Part shown: piece after piece, positions 43,379 to 54,203 of the stretch
How the letters are laid out: each line of letters begins with the position of its first letter
Position numbering within the stretch: the stretch's first letter is position 1
Assembly: GCA_042408215.1 (NCBI GenBank)
Contig: JAYFMW010000003.1
Location: 128,001-192,000 of the forward strand
Source of the DNA: Microcoleus sp.
Lineage (GTDB): Bacteria > Cyanobacteriota > Cyanobacteriia > Cyanobacteriales > Microcoleaceae
Length of the DNA: 64,000 nt
Direction: 5' to 3'
The notes under the pieces: generated by a model
Told to the model about the DNA's origin: nothing
Database searches by the model: none
The model's input: only the letters and a program-made list of their open reading frames with translations
Made by a program: the position numbers and the translations under genes

Positions 43379-44090
43379 TTACTGGTAAAGCTGATGGGCG
43401 GTAATATAAGTTCGGACAACTTCGGGGACTAAGTAGCGGAGGTTGCGACTTTCGGCGCAGCAGCGGCGGATGTGGCTCGACGAAATTTCGATCGCAGACA
43501 TGGATAGCACCTCCCAGCGAATTTCCACGTCCAAAAGAGCCATTTGTTCGGCAACTCGTCGGCAAATCAGCATTTGCCTGAACCTGCATCCTGTCTCCCC
43601 CGGAATCGATGGGTTTTCCACTCGGACAATCTCCCCACTCGGACAGTCCCCCAATCTCCCCGCTTTCTGCTGTCACTCGATCTCCGTGACTCGGACGTGG
43701 GGCCACCAACCAGTCGCACAACCCGGCAATTTCGGCGCACCGGGGCCATTTTGGCAAAGTTTGGAAGGCATCAGCACCAATAATCCAGTAGAGTTGAGCC
43801 TCGGTCGCCAAATTTGGCAAATACAACAAAGAGTCGATCGCAGCACTAGCATAGGGATTGGTATCTAGGGGTAAAAGTCCAAAATCCGGTCGCTCTGCCG
43901 TCGCCAGAGCCACCATTTCCCGCCACTTGTTAAAAAATGCCAAAACACTGTGCGACTTGTGAGGAGTGGCGCGATCGACGGACCAGATTACGCGATCGAG
44001 AGCAAATTGAGTCGCAGCCGTCTGGGCGATCGACAGATGACCCCAGTGAACCGGATCGAAAATCCTCCCCAAAATCGCTACTTTTTCCAT
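43379..44090 (-). pseudogene. nadD: Nicotinate-nucleotide adenylyltransferase, frameshifted and apparently degenerate
   Basis: ILGRIFDPVHWGHL, WIIGAD; ISSSHIR...YITAHQLY lies in a different frame. Confidence 0.8.
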
Positions 44091-44228
44091 ACAAAATGGT
44101 AGTGTTGGTAAATCTTTATGGGTGAAACCCCACATGGGCGTAAAAACATAGCGGGGCCTTTGCTGCCGTATCCCAGCACAGCAGGCGGATGGAAACAGAA
44201 AGAATACAGGAGTGCTATCCACTAATCA

Positions 44229-44484
44229 CTGGACACTCACTGGACAACCAGTGCCTAACAGTGAAGAGATAGCCAGCCTAAGTTACAACTACGTTTTGAG
44301 GGTCACGACACCTACAGGTGCTTTCGGTGCTTGTAGCTACTGTCGTCAAAGATTAAACAGGTCTATTTAGTTAAGCTAGTGTCTTTGACTTAACAAGCCC
44401 TCAAAACATTGGCGAGGAAAACATTACCGGAGAAATCAGAGGGGGATAAATCCCCAGAAACGCCCCATTGAGGCGGGTCTTCAC
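44229..44484 (+). ncRNA. HEARO / IscB-type omega-RNA with no IscB ORF
   Basis: Recognised from memory by the blocks AGCCAGCCTAAG..ACTACGTT..GACACC..GGTGCTT..TTAAACAG..AACATTGGCGAGG..ATTACC; GTTTTGAGGG/CCCTCAAAAC long-range stem. Confidence 0.8.
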
Positions 44485-44871
44485 AGAACAATATCAATAG
44501 CCTCTGTCCTGTAATGTCAGCAGGTATGCCAAAAAGAATGACCACTTTTGAGGCACCAAGGTTTTATTTTGTATGCAAGCGTCCATGTTGATCCAATTAA
44601 TTGGCGATTAGAGGCATACCGATCGCCCGAAATTAGTTTGTTGGCCCAGCCACAGACCCCATCCTCCCTGACCTGCAATTTCCGAGTTATGACTGTTCCG
44701 GAAATCTACTCGGTACCAAGTCATATAGGATACAAGAAAAACATCTCTACAAGTCCCGAAAATTGAGGGACGCGCAGAGAATTTTGTACAAAATCTCTAG
44801 CGAACTGTATCCTGAAAAAACAATTCTTGATATGATATCGCGTGTTATTGGCGTGGTGTGGTGCGTGAGGA

Positions 44872-46431
44872 GTGAAGATGCCGAGTTCAGTTGATTTCAG
44901 CGGTAGACCATTTCATTTCATTGGTATTGGTGGAATTGGAATGTCAGCCCTTGCCTATATTCTAGCTAAACGCAAGTTGCCTGTGTACGGCTCCGACATT
45001 AAATCGAGTCACATAACCCAGCGCTTACAAGCAATGGGAACTCATATTTTTTGGAGTCAAGATGCCAGCAATTTTGAAGTATTTGAAACAGCCCCAAACG
45101 ATCGCAGCCAGGGCGACGCGCCGGAATTGGCGCGATCGTCGGGAGTCTTCGGCACGGTAGGGACTTCCGTCGCCACCGCCGAAGCTCTGAAATTGAACGG
45201 TAACGGGAAAACCGCCAAAGCAATTCTGGGATTACCTCAAGTAGTATGTTCGACGGCAATTCACCCAGCTAATGCCGAATATCGAGCTGCTTTGGATTTG
45301 GGCTGTCCAATTTTTCATCGCTCGGATGTGTTGGCAGCTTTAATTCAAGATTACCAAAGCATCGCTGTAGCCGGGACTCACGGCAAAACTACCACGAGCA
45401 GCTTAATCGGCTTCATGCTGCTGGCTGCGGGTTTAGACCCGACCATAGTGGTGGGAGGCGAGGTCAACGCTTGGGAAGGCAATGCTCGTCTGGGGGAAGG
45501 CCCTTACTTGGTTGCCGAGGCTGATGAATCCGACGGTTCTTTGGTCAAGCTGGCAGCCCAAATAGGGGTGGTGACGAATGTGGAACTGGATCATCCAGAC
45601 CATTACGATACCCTTGACCAGGTAATTGACACATTTAAAGTGTTTGCCCAAAACTGTCAAACTTTGGTGGGCTGCATAGATGACCAAATCGTCAAAGATT
45701 ACCTGCTGCCGAATGTCAGCTATAGCTTGCACCCTGACAGCGGTGCTGACTACACGGCTTCGGGCGTCGAGTATGGAGCAGCAAGTACCAAGGCTCGTGT
45801 TTGGGAGCGAGGAACTCTGCTGGGGGAAATGGAGTTGAAGTTGCTAGGCCAACACAATCTCAGCAATGCACTGGCTGCGGTAGCAGTGGGTCGATTGTTG
45901 GGGTTGGAGTTTTCGGCAATTGCTTCAGCGATTGCCGGCTTTGAAGGGGCGCGCCGCCGTTTTGAGGTTCGGGGTTTTCACAATGACATCCTGTTTGTGG
46001 ACGACTATGCTCACCACCCCAGCGAAATTCGCGTTACTTTGGCCGCAGCTCGCTTGCGTATCGAAGGTAGCGCACAAAATTCCAAATCTGGAAGGGTGGT
46101 TGCCATTTTTCAACCTCACCGTTACAGCCGCACTCTGACATTTTTGCCAGAATTTGCTCAATCTTTTGGCGATGCTGACTTGGTTGTCACTTGTGATATT
46201 TATAGTGCTGGAGAACCCAATTTAGGACTGATTAGCGGGCAAAAGGTTGCTGATTTGATTGCGAAAGAAGGCGGACAGGTGGAGTTTCAGCCTGCTCTGG
46301 AGTCAGTAAGTAAGTTTTTAACCCAAAATCTGCAACCGGGAGATTTGGCTCTGTTTCTGGGTGCTGGGAATCTCAATCAGATTATTCCAGAGGTGATGGC
46401 TTTTTATCAAGCTGTCGATCGCCCGGATTAG
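44872..46431 (+). CDS. murC: UDP-N-acetylmuramate--L-alanine ligase
   Basis: GIGGIGMSALA, GTHGKTTT, EADESDGS, DDYAHHP, FQPHRYSR. Confidence 0.97.
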   Translation: MKMPSSVDFSGRPFHFIGIGGIGMSALAYILAKRKLPVYGSDIKSSHITQRLQAMGTHIFWSQDASNFEVFETAPNDRSQGDAPELARSSGVFGTVGTSVATAEALKLNGNGKTAKAILGLPQVVCSTAIHPANAEYRAALDLGCPIFHRSDVLAALIQDYQSIAVAGTHGKTTTSSLIGFMLLAAGLDPTIVVGGEVNAWEGNARLGEGPYLVAEADESDGSLVKLAAQIGVVTNVELDHPDHYDTLDQVIDTFKVFAQNCQTLVGCIDDQIVKDYLLPNVSYSLHPDSGADYTASGVEYGAASTKARVWERGTLLGEMELKLLGQHNLSNALAAVAVGRLLGLEFSAIASAIAGFEGARRRFEVRGFHNDILFVDDYAHHPSEIRVTLAAARLRIEGSAQNSKSGRVVAIFQPHRYSRTLTFLPEFAQSFGDADLVVTCDIYSAGEPNLGLISGQKVADLIAKEGGQVEFQPALESVSKFLTQNLQPGDLALFLGAGNLNQIIPEVMAFYQAVDRPD

Positions 46432-46591
46432 CTGGCTCATTCCTGAGTGGGGTGGTTCGACAGCCAGGGCGGAGCAGGTTGTACCAATAGTTCTGTTTGG
46501 CGACTCGCTCTGACTCTGGACAAAAGTTGGGTAGGGGGCTGAAAGATTTGTGGTAGACACCTATTAACATTCTTCCCGGATTGGGTAACTA

Positions 46592-47263
46592 TTGAGTTGT
46601 AGTATTAGAGGTAAGCAACTCTTGGAGACTCAATCAGAAGTGACCCTTTCAATCGGGGAAGCCGCCAAAGAGCTTGGTATTTCGACAAAGACACTGAGAC
46701 GCTGGACTGATGCAGACAAGATTAGGTTTGAACGCTCTCCCACTGGACAAAGACGATTCTACCTTGCCGACATCAAACGAATCACTCCCAGAGACTTAAA
46801 CCAAACAGATGAGCGAATCACTATCAATTATGCCAGAGTTTCTAGTCACGACCAAAAAGAAGATTTGAAGCGTCAAGCTGCTGTTTTAGAATCGTTTAGC
46901 GCTGCTAATGGTTGGCAATTTGAGACAATTCAAGACTTAGGTTCTGGATTGAACTACAAGAAAAAAGGACTAACAAAACTACTCAAAAGAATCATGTCCG
47001 GTGAAGTTGGCAGACTTGTTATTACCCACAAAGACAGGCTTCTTAGATTTGGTTCCGAGTTAGTCTTTGCAATGTGTGAAGAGTTTGAATGCGAGGTAGT
47101 AATTGTCAACAAATCACCGGATGAGTTGAGTTTTGAACAGGAATTAGTTCAAGACATGATTGAATTAATTCAAGTCTTTAGCGCTAGACTTTACGGAGCT
47201 AGAAGCCACAAAAACCAAAAACTGATTGATGGTATAGCTAAAGCAGTGGAGGCTGTAAAATAA
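46592..47263 (+). CDS. tnpA: IS607 TnpA (MerR-like HTH + serine recombinase); true start probably GTG ~46640
   Basis: IGEAAKELGISTKTLRRW, YARVSS, DLGSG, KDRLLRFG, FSARLYG. Confidence 0.95.
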   Translation: MSCSIRGKQLLETQSEVTLSIGEAAKELGISTKTLRRWTDADKIRFERSPTGQRRFYLADIKRITPRDLNQTDERITINYARVSSHDQKEDLKRQAAVLESFSAANGWQFETIQDLGSGLNYKKKGLTKLLKRIMSGEVGRLVITHKDRLLRFGSELVFAMCEEFECEVVIVNKSPDELSFEQELVQDMIELIQVFSARLYGARSHKNQKLIDGIAKAVEAVK

Positions 47264-48390
47264 TGCTACTCAGTTTTAAGACGGAATTAAAACCTAATAA
47301 CAAACAGGTGACTCTATTTCGTCAACACTGTGGAGTAGCCAGACACGCTTACAATTTTGGCAATGCTGTTATTCAGGAAGCTTTACAACTTAGAGAGACT
47401 GACAAAGCAATCAAAATCCCCTCTGCTATTGACTTGCACAAACGTCTAGTCGCTGAGATTAAACCAGTTAATCCCTGGTACTATCAAAGCTCTAAAGCAA
47501 GTCCACAACAAGCTTTAGCAGAGGTAAGGACGGCATGGGATAGATGTTTCAAAAAAGTCTCCAAACAGCCTAAGTTCAAGAAAAAAGGCAAGTCAAAAGA
47601 CAGTTTTTATCTTGAGCAAGGCACTAAAGCCAAGCCTGGTATCAGCAATGATGGTAAGCGAGTTAAACTCCCTAAAATTGGTTGGGTTATACTGCACGAA
47701 CCTTTACCTATCACATCTACCCATAACTGCGTAATTAGTCGCACTGCTGAGCAATGGTTTATAGCTATCAAGTATGAGATTGAACAGCCTCCAACACCAC
47801 TAAATCGCCCCTCTGTTGGCGTTGATATTGGTATCAAGGAATTGGCTATTACCAGTGACGGGAAGGTTTTTGCCAACCCTAAAGCTGACCGCAAAATGAG
47901 TAAAAAAATGAAGCGATTGCAGCGTTCTGTCAGTCGCAAAGCTAAAGGCTCAAAGAACCGGACTAAAGCCGTTAGAAAGTTAGCAAAGCTGCATTCTCGC
48001 ATCTCATTCATCCGCAAAGATGCTATTCACAAACTCACTAATTATCTCGCTAAAAACCACAGCGTGATTAAAATTGAGGACTTGAATGTCAAAGCATTTT
48101 TGAAAAATCACAAATTGGCGGGTGCAATTGCAGATTGTGGAATGTACGAATTTCAGCGACAACTAGAATACAAAACTGAAAAGTTTTCTAGTCAGTTGAT
48201 TCTAGTTGACCGCTTTTTTCCGAGTTCTCAGATTTGCTCAAATTGTGGAAATCACCGCCACAAAATGCCATTAAAGAATCGAGTTTATGTGTGTCCTGAT
48301 TGCGGTCACACAGAAGACAGAGACTTGAATGCTGCTAAAAATATCGAGCGATGGTTTGAAGGAATTCACGTTCCGATTCGCTCAGATTGA
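47263..48390 (+). CDS. tnpB: IS607-associated TnpB (intact RuvC)
   Basis: GVDIG, IEDL, CSNCG/CPDCG, DRDLNAA. Confidence 0.95.
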   Translation: MLLSFKTELKPNNKQVTLFRQHCGVARHAYNFGNAVIQEALQLRETDKAIKIPSAIDLHKRLVAEIKPVNPWYYQSSKASPQQALAEVRTAWDRCFKKVSKQPKFKKKGKSKDSFYLEQGTKAKPGISNDGKRVKLPKIGWVILHEPLPITSTHNCVISRTAEQWFIAIKYEIEQPPTPLNRPSVGVDIGIKELAITSDGKVFANPKADRKMSKKMKRLQRSVSRKAKGSKNRTKAVRKLAKLHSRISFIRKDAIHKLTNYLAKNHSVIKIEDLNVKAFLKNHKLAGAIADCGMYEFQRQLEYKTEKFSSQLILVDRFFPSSQICSNCGNHRHKMPLKNRVYVCPDCGHTEDRDLNAAKNIERWFEGIHVPIRSD

Positions 48391-48590
48391 ATGAATCAAA
48401 CGGTAAGCTCTACCGAGATTGCCTGTGGAGTAGACAAACCCTCAGAAGTCATTCTGAGACTACGCTGAAACAGGAAATAAGCATCAGAGTAAAAACATCT
48501 AACGGTGTCTAACTTTGTCTAAGTCTTATAGAGCGGTGAATAGGTTCTCAACCAAGTCTTCGATAAAAGGTAATTTTAAGGATTTGCAAG

Positions 48591-49547
48591 ATGGTGACTA
48601 TCTCGAATGACTCCTCTGTTAAGGACAATCGGCGAGTGTATTCTCCTATTTCTTTGCGGGGAACTGACTGTAAGATTAACTCCCAAGTTTCCTTGGCCGG
48701 CTTGACTTCCTTCCGAGTCGGTGGGCCTGCGGAGTGGTACGTTGCTCCCCGCAGTATAGAGGCTTTGGAAGCGAGTTTTGCATGGGCTGATTCAAAGGGA
48801 ATGCCCGTGACTCTGCTGGGTGCGGGTTCTAATTTGTTGGTGAGCGATCGAGGTTTGTCTGGTTTGGTGATTGGGACTCGCTACCTGAAGCAAGTGCATT
48901 TCGATCCAGAAACTGGTCAAGTTACAGCCGGGGCGGGGGAATCAATTCCCCGCCTCGCTTGGTTGGCGGCTAAACGGGGCTGGAAAGGTCTCGAATGGGC
49001 TGTCGGTATACCGGGCACCGTTGGGGGGGCTGTGGTGATGAATGCTGGGGCTCACAGGGGCTGTACGGCGGATCTTCTGGTGAATGCTCGTCTCCTCTCC
49101 CCTGGTGGTAAGGTGGAAATTCTGACTCCCCAAGAGTTGGGCTACCGCTACCGGACTTCGGTGCTGCAAGGGGGCGATCGGCTGGTGACAGAAGCGACTT
49201 TTCAGTTACAGCCGGGATGCGAGCGATCGCAAGTAATGGCAGAGACTAACAATAATTTCAGCTCGCGGCGGACGAGTCAACCTTACCACCTGCCTAGCTG
49301 TGGCTCAGTCTTCCGTAACCCCAGCCCGAAGGCAGCCGGCTGGTTAATTGAGCAAGCTGGACTCAAGGGATACCAGATCGGCGGGGCTCAAGTAGCTCAA
49401 CGCCATGCTAATTTTATTCTTAACTGCGGGTCGGCAACGGCTAATGATATTTTTCAAGTGATCCGCCACGTTCAAGAGCAAGTCCAGCAGCGGTGGTCGC
49501 TGTTGTTGGAGCCAGAAGTTAGAATACTGGGAGAGTTTCCGTTCTAG
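48591..49547 (+). CDS. murB: UDP-N-acetylmuramate dehydrogenase
   Basis: FRVGGPA, GAGSNLL, GIPGTVGGAVVMNAGA, GSVFRNP, HANFI, LEPEV. Confidence 0.97.
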   Translation: MVTISNDSSVKDNRRVYSPISLRGTDCKINSQVSLAGLTSFRVGGPAEWYVAPRSIEALEASFAWADSKGMPVTLLGAGSNLLVSDRGLSGLVIGTRYLKQVHFDPETGQVTAGAGESIPRLAWLAAKRGWKGLEWAVGIPGTVGGAVVMNAGAHRGCTADLLVNARLLSPGGKVEILTPQELGYRYRTSVLQGGDRLVTEATFQLQPGCERSQVMAETNNNFSSRRTSQPYHLPSCGSVFRNPSPKAAGWLIEQAGLKGYQIGGAQVAQRHANFILNCGSATANDIFQVIRHVQEQVQQRWSLLLEPEVRILGEFPF

Positions 49548-49555
49548 GGCATTAT

Positions 49556-49854
49556 AAGAAATACCCTGAAAACCCTGTGACTTTAGTCCAGGGATGAAAG
49601 GGCGTTGCAGGATTTATCCAGCCAGCCCTCTTTATGCAAGACACAAACCACATTCTGTTACCAGAAAAATGTGGGATGGATACACAGACGCAGGTCTATA
49701 CCAGCAAATGCCTACCACAAGTAGCCATAGACTCAGCAATGGGCGAGTGGGTAGTGGGTTATTGACAAACCCTTTAAGCATCAAGATTTGGGTGGATTCA
49801 TCCCCCAAAGTTTGTCCTTAAGAATCCCCGTGTCTTTAGACCGGGGAGTGTCAA
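49556..49854 (+). mobile_element. Non-autonomous IS200/IS605 mini-element (TTAT target), copy B
   Basis: Ends near-identical to 41233-41522. Confidence 0.8.
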
Positions 49855-49910
49855 TGATGTAATCAGGAAACGGCAGACTGCCAGCCCACACACACAATCG
49901 CAAAGTAGTT

Positions 49911-50258
49911 ATGACAAAATCAGGACAAGGATTTGGCTTCGGCCTGGGCAAAATGAAAGAACTGACTGAAGCTTTCAAAAAAGCTCAGCAGGTTCAAGAA
50001 GGAGCTAAAAAGCTCCAAGAAGAGTTGGATCAAATGGAAATTGAGGGAACATCCGGCGGTGGCCTGGTTAAAGTTGTTCTCAGCGGCAACCAAGAACCCC
50101 GTCGCGTGATCATCTCCCCGGATGCTATGGGTGAAGGTGCTGATGTGGTTTCTGACCTCGTTACAGCGGCGATGCTGGATGCCTACGCTAAGTCTACGAT
50201 GACGATGCGGGAGAAAATGGAAGAACTTACGGGCGGACTCAATCTCCCTGGTTTTTAA
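49911..50258 (+). CDS. ybaB: YbaB/EbfC nucleoid-associated protein
   Basis: [35 protein letters not shown]. Confidence 0.92.
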   Translation: MTKSGQGFGFGLGKMKELTEAFKKAQQVQEGAKKLQEELDQMEIEGTSGGGLVKVVLSGNQEPRRVIISPDAMGEGADVVSDLVTAAMLDAYAKSTMTMREKMEELTGGLNLPGF

Positions 50259-50261
50259 GCC

Positions 50262-50390
50262 ATTGGTCATTAGTCATCAGTCAACAGTTGGTTGTTGACT
50301 GTTGACTGTTGACTGCCAACTGACTAATGACTAATGACTAATAACTAATGACTAATGACTAATAACTAATGACTAATGACTAATGACTAA
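50262..50390. repeat. STRR heptamer tract (TGACTAA / TGACTGT) running into the PTP start codon
   Basis: Tandem 7-mers. Confidence 0.85.
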
Positions 50391-50844
50391 ATTATTATTT
50401 GTCTGCCTAGGAAATATCTGCCGATCGCCCTCAGCAGAAAATATTATGAATCACTTGATTGAAAAAGCGGGTTTGGGCGATCGCATTACTTGCGATTCTG
50501 CGGGTACTGGCGGCTATCACATTGGTAGCCCTCCTGACAGTCGGATGGGAGTCGCGGCCAGGAAGCGGGATATTGAATTGTTAGGTGCTGCCCGCCAATT
50601 TCAAAGGAAAGATTTTGAGAATTTTGATTTGATTCTGGCGATGGATCGGGACAATTATCGGAATATTCTTGCTCTCGATCGGGGTGGAAAGTATCGGGAT
50701 AAGGTGCGGTTGATGTGCGATTTTTGCCGGCAATATGACTTGAAGGAAGTGCCAGATCCTTATTATGGTGGGCCGGAGGGATTCGATCAGGTGATTGATT
50801 TGTTGCTGGACGCTTGCGAGGGTTTGTTGGAGTACGTGAAGTAG
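50383..50844 (+). CDS. Low-molecular-weight protein-tyrosine phosphatase
   Basis: FVCLGNICRSP, DSAGT, DPYYG. Confidence 0.96.
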   Translation: MTKLLFVCLGNICRSPSAENIMNHLIEKAGLGDRITCDSAGTGGYHIGSPPDSRMGVAARKRDIELLGAARQFQRKDFENFDLILAMDRDNYRNILALDRGGKYRDKVRLMCDFCRQYDLKEVPDPYYGGPEGFDQVIDLLLDACEGLLEYVK

Positions 50845-50853
50845 TCAGTTGTT

Positions 50854-51195
50854 ATTGGTGATTGGTGATTGGTGATTGGTGATTGGTGATTGGTGATTGG
50901 TGATTGGTGATGGGTGATGGGTGATTGGTGATGGGTGATGGGTGATTGGTGATGGGTGATTGGTGATTGGTGATTGGTGATGGGTGATGGGTGATTGGTG
51001 ATTGGTGATTGGTTATTTGTTGGTAAAAATAACCAATGCCCAATGCCCAATGCCCAATGCCCAATGCCCTATGCCCAATGCCCAATGCCCAATGCCCAAT
51101 GCCCTATGCCCAATGCCCAATGCCCAATGCCCAATGCCCTATGCCCAATGCCCAATGCCCAATGCCCTATGCCCAATTCCCTATTACCAATTCCC
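50854..51195. repeat. Two long STRR heptamer tracts (ATTGGTG)n and (CCCAATG)n between convergent genes
   Basis: About 20 units each. Confidence 0.9.
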
Positions 51196-51900
51196 TATTA
51201 AATGGTTTTCCATCGCAAAACGAACGAGTTCTGCACGGTTATTGCTTAGGGTTTTTCGGAACAAGCTGCTGACGTGCTTTTCGATGGTTCGAGGACTGAG
51301 GTGGAGCCTGGAGCCTATTTGAATATTAGAAAAACCTTCTGTCAGCAAATCTAAGACTTCTCGCTCTCGCTGCGTCAAACTCGGAGAATTTTGACCCGGA
51401 GACTGGCGATCGCCAATTTCTGAGTTTTGAGTGAAAAAATCCAATTCTCCCTTGTCCTTGACTCTGCTACGCGCCTCTTTTGGCATCATTTCTGGCTCCG
51501 GGGAGCGAGACGAGGCCTGGGCGATGAGAGCGTATCGATCGAGCAAAGAGCGAATTACCACCCCCAACTCACTGAGTTCAAAAGGCTTCGCCAGAAAATT
51601 GTCGCAGCCCATCTGATAGCCACGAATCCGCTCCTCAGTGCTCGTGCGTTCCGTCAAAAAAATCACCGGTAACAAGCGGAAAGCCGGACGAGCCCGCACT
51701 CGCCGCACGAACTCGTACCCGTCCATTTCAGGCATTGTAATGTCAGTAACAATCAAGTGCGGCTGAAATTCCTCTACCAAGCCTAAAGCTTCTTTGCCGT
51801 TCTCAGCAGCGATAACCGAATAACCCAAAATTTCCAGATAATCGTTAATCGACAAGCGAGTCGCGAAATCGTCGTCAGCAACCAGAATCGTCAAGGGCAT
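51184..51900 (-). CDS. NarL/LuxR-type response regulator
   Basis: Receiver (VADDD, DITMP, KPF) plus [21 protein letters not shown]. Confidence 0.93.
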   Translation of the reverse strand: MPLTILVADDDFATRLSINDYLEILGYSVIAAENGKEALGLVEEFQPHLIVTDITMPEMDGYEFVRRVRARPAFRLLPVIFLTERTSTEERIRGYQMGCDNFLAKPFELSELGVVIRSLLDRYALIAQASSRSPEPEMMPKEARSRVKDKGELDFFTQNSEIGDRQSPGQNSPSLTQREREVLDLLTEGFSNIQIGSRLHLSPRTIEKHVSSLFRKTLSNNRAELVRFAMENHLIGNW

Positions 51901-51984
51901 GGGGGGAATTAGAAGTTAAACAGTGAACATTAAAAATTAAAAATGACTAATTTCACTTTTAATTTTTAATTCTACTGTTTAAGT

Positions 51985-53573
51985 TTATTGATAGCTTGTA
52001 GTCAAAGTAGCCGGCTGCCCGAAATTGCCCTCCAAGAGCCACGCCCCGCCCGTTAGCAGCCAAATGCCGCAGAATTTTGTAAATAACCTCGATTTGGTCT
52101 GGCATTCCGGCTTTTTCGGCAATTTCTGCTACAGACAAAGGAGTTCCAGCATCTTTGATAACTTCCAGCACCTGTTTTTGCAAATCCAACACAGCAGCGG
52201 CGGCTTTTTTGCCTGCTTCGACGCCCGGTTGGTGATAGGCGTTGACATTCACCAAGGAACCGTAAAAACCTACTGCTCTTTCGTAGAGGGCAATTAATGC
52301 TCCTACCGTCCGAGGGTTTACTTGCGGAATGGTCACAGTAATCGAATCTCGCTGATTCTCCGACAAAGCTTGTCGAGTTCCCTGGAACAAACCCGACAAA
52401 TAATCTCCCGATGTCACGCCGGTTTCGACTTCGGGAGAAATGCCTTGCCTGTCTTGCAAAACTTCAATAAATGTGAGGAAGAAATTCGGGACACCTTCTC
52501 GCAGTTGCTGGACGTAGGCGTGTTGGTCTGTTGTGCCTTTGTTGCCGTAAACTGCTATGCCTTGATAGACTGTGTTGCCGTCTAAGTCTTTCTCTTTGCC
52601 GATCGACTCCATGACTAATTGCTGCAAGTAGCGGCTGAACAATAGCAGTGAATCTTTGTACGGCAAAACTACCATATCTTTTTCGCCGCGTCCGTTGCAG
52701 GCAAAGTACCAACTCAGGGCTAAAAGGGCGGCGGGATTGTTTTTTATTTCTGGAATTCTGGTAGCTTCGTCCATGACTTTAGCACCTTCGAGCATTGCCC
52801 GAATGTCGATGCCTTGCAAAGCTGCTGGCAAAAGTCCGACTGCTGACAATTCGGAAGTGCGTCCTCCCACCCAATCTGCCATTGGGAAGGTGGTAATCCA
52901 GCCTTCGGATTTGGCTAATTTGTCTAGTTTGCTGTCTACTCCGGTGATGGCAATTGCTTGTTTGGCAAAGTCGAGTTTTTCGCGCGGCGAAGGCTTTTTG
53001 AACTTCGATCATGCCGTTGCGGGGTTCGGGGGTGCCGCCGGATTTTGAGGTGGTAATTACTAGGGTGCTGACGAGTTTGTCTTTGATTTGGTTGAGGATG
53101 CGATCGATTCCTGCCGGGTCAGTGTTGTCGATAAAATGTATTGCTAGGGGCGGAATGTCTGGGGATAAAGCTTCGGCGACAAATTGGGGGCCGAGGGCGG
53201 AACCGCCGATGCCGATCGAGATAATATCGGTAAATTGGGGAGCGAATGGTGGCTTGATGTCGCGGTTTTGAACTTTCTTGACAAATGATTCGATTTGTTG
53301 TAATGTCTCGACTATTTCTTGTTTGAGTTCTGAGGTAGGGGCCAGATCGGGGTTTCGGAGCCAGTAGTGGCCTACCATGCGGTGTTCGTCGGGATTGGCG
53401 ATCGCCCCTGCTTCTAAAGCGGCCATGTCTTTGAAAGCTTTGTCAAATTTGGGTTTCATTGTAGCGACGAAAGCGTCATTGAAGCCCATCCGGCTGATAT
53501 CGAGGTAAAGTCCCAATCCAGAGTGATAGTAAAGCCAGTCTTGATAGCGTTGCCAGAGTGTGATGGCGTCCAT
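51985..53573 (-). CDS. pgi: Glucose-6-phosphate isomerase, interrupted by two +1 frameshifts (~52978, ~52033); probably sequencing errors
   Basis: [39 protein letters not shown]; corrected C-terminus reads [18 protein letters not shown]. Confidence 0.9.
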
Positions 53574-54203
53574 AGGAATTCTCTACAATTTTTTTAATGT
53601 TCGATCGGCGTCATCGGGAATCCACCAATTGTAGTTTAAAACCATCTGATGTACGGCTTTTGCATAATTCTGATAAATTTAATAATTAGTTATATGAAAG
53701 TAGAAGGCTTTTGAAGGCAGAAGGCAGAATTCAAGAGCAATAGGATAGGACGGCAAAAAAACCCGGTTTCTGGGAACACTTCGGCTACCCTTCGGCTACG
53801 ATCGGGGGGGGCCGCTTTCGTGACCGGGTGGCTGCTCCCTTGAGATACTCGTCGCAGGGTTTCCGCGAGAGTTCAACCACCAGGGTTTTTGGCCCCGCGT
53901 GCGGAAAGGACTGTAGCACTTAGGCAATACCCCTGGGATAGGAGTCGATCGCCCATTGGTGGCAGCGCCCCATAGAGAGAGCCAATGTCAAGTGGGCTTG
54001 ACATATTGATTTAACTCTTGTCATAGTTGGGCTTTGAGTAAGGCTTTGACAATACTCAAATACTACTTTCGAGAATCATTACCATAGGTATTTGGGTCGA
54101 GTTAAATATACTTTTAGTTTTCCCTCAATAATTGGTTAAAAATATAATTAATCACGGAATTACAGTAGAATATACAGATATTAGAATTCAAGTACGATCG
54201 ACT

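Larger units (their letters stand above)
46505..48536 (+). mobile_element. IS607-family element between murC and murB (left boundary approximate)
   Basis: Serine-recombinase tnpA plus tnpB; structured right end terminating TATAGAGCGG. Confidence 0.88.

Noticed and set aside
46432..48590. IStron (group I intron-IS607 hybrid)
   Set aside because: The insertion is intergenic, and the short left end leaves no room for a recognisable group I core.
50787..51322. ORFs with ITNHQSP / MPNAQCP repeats
   Set aside because: Translations of STRR heptamer tracts.
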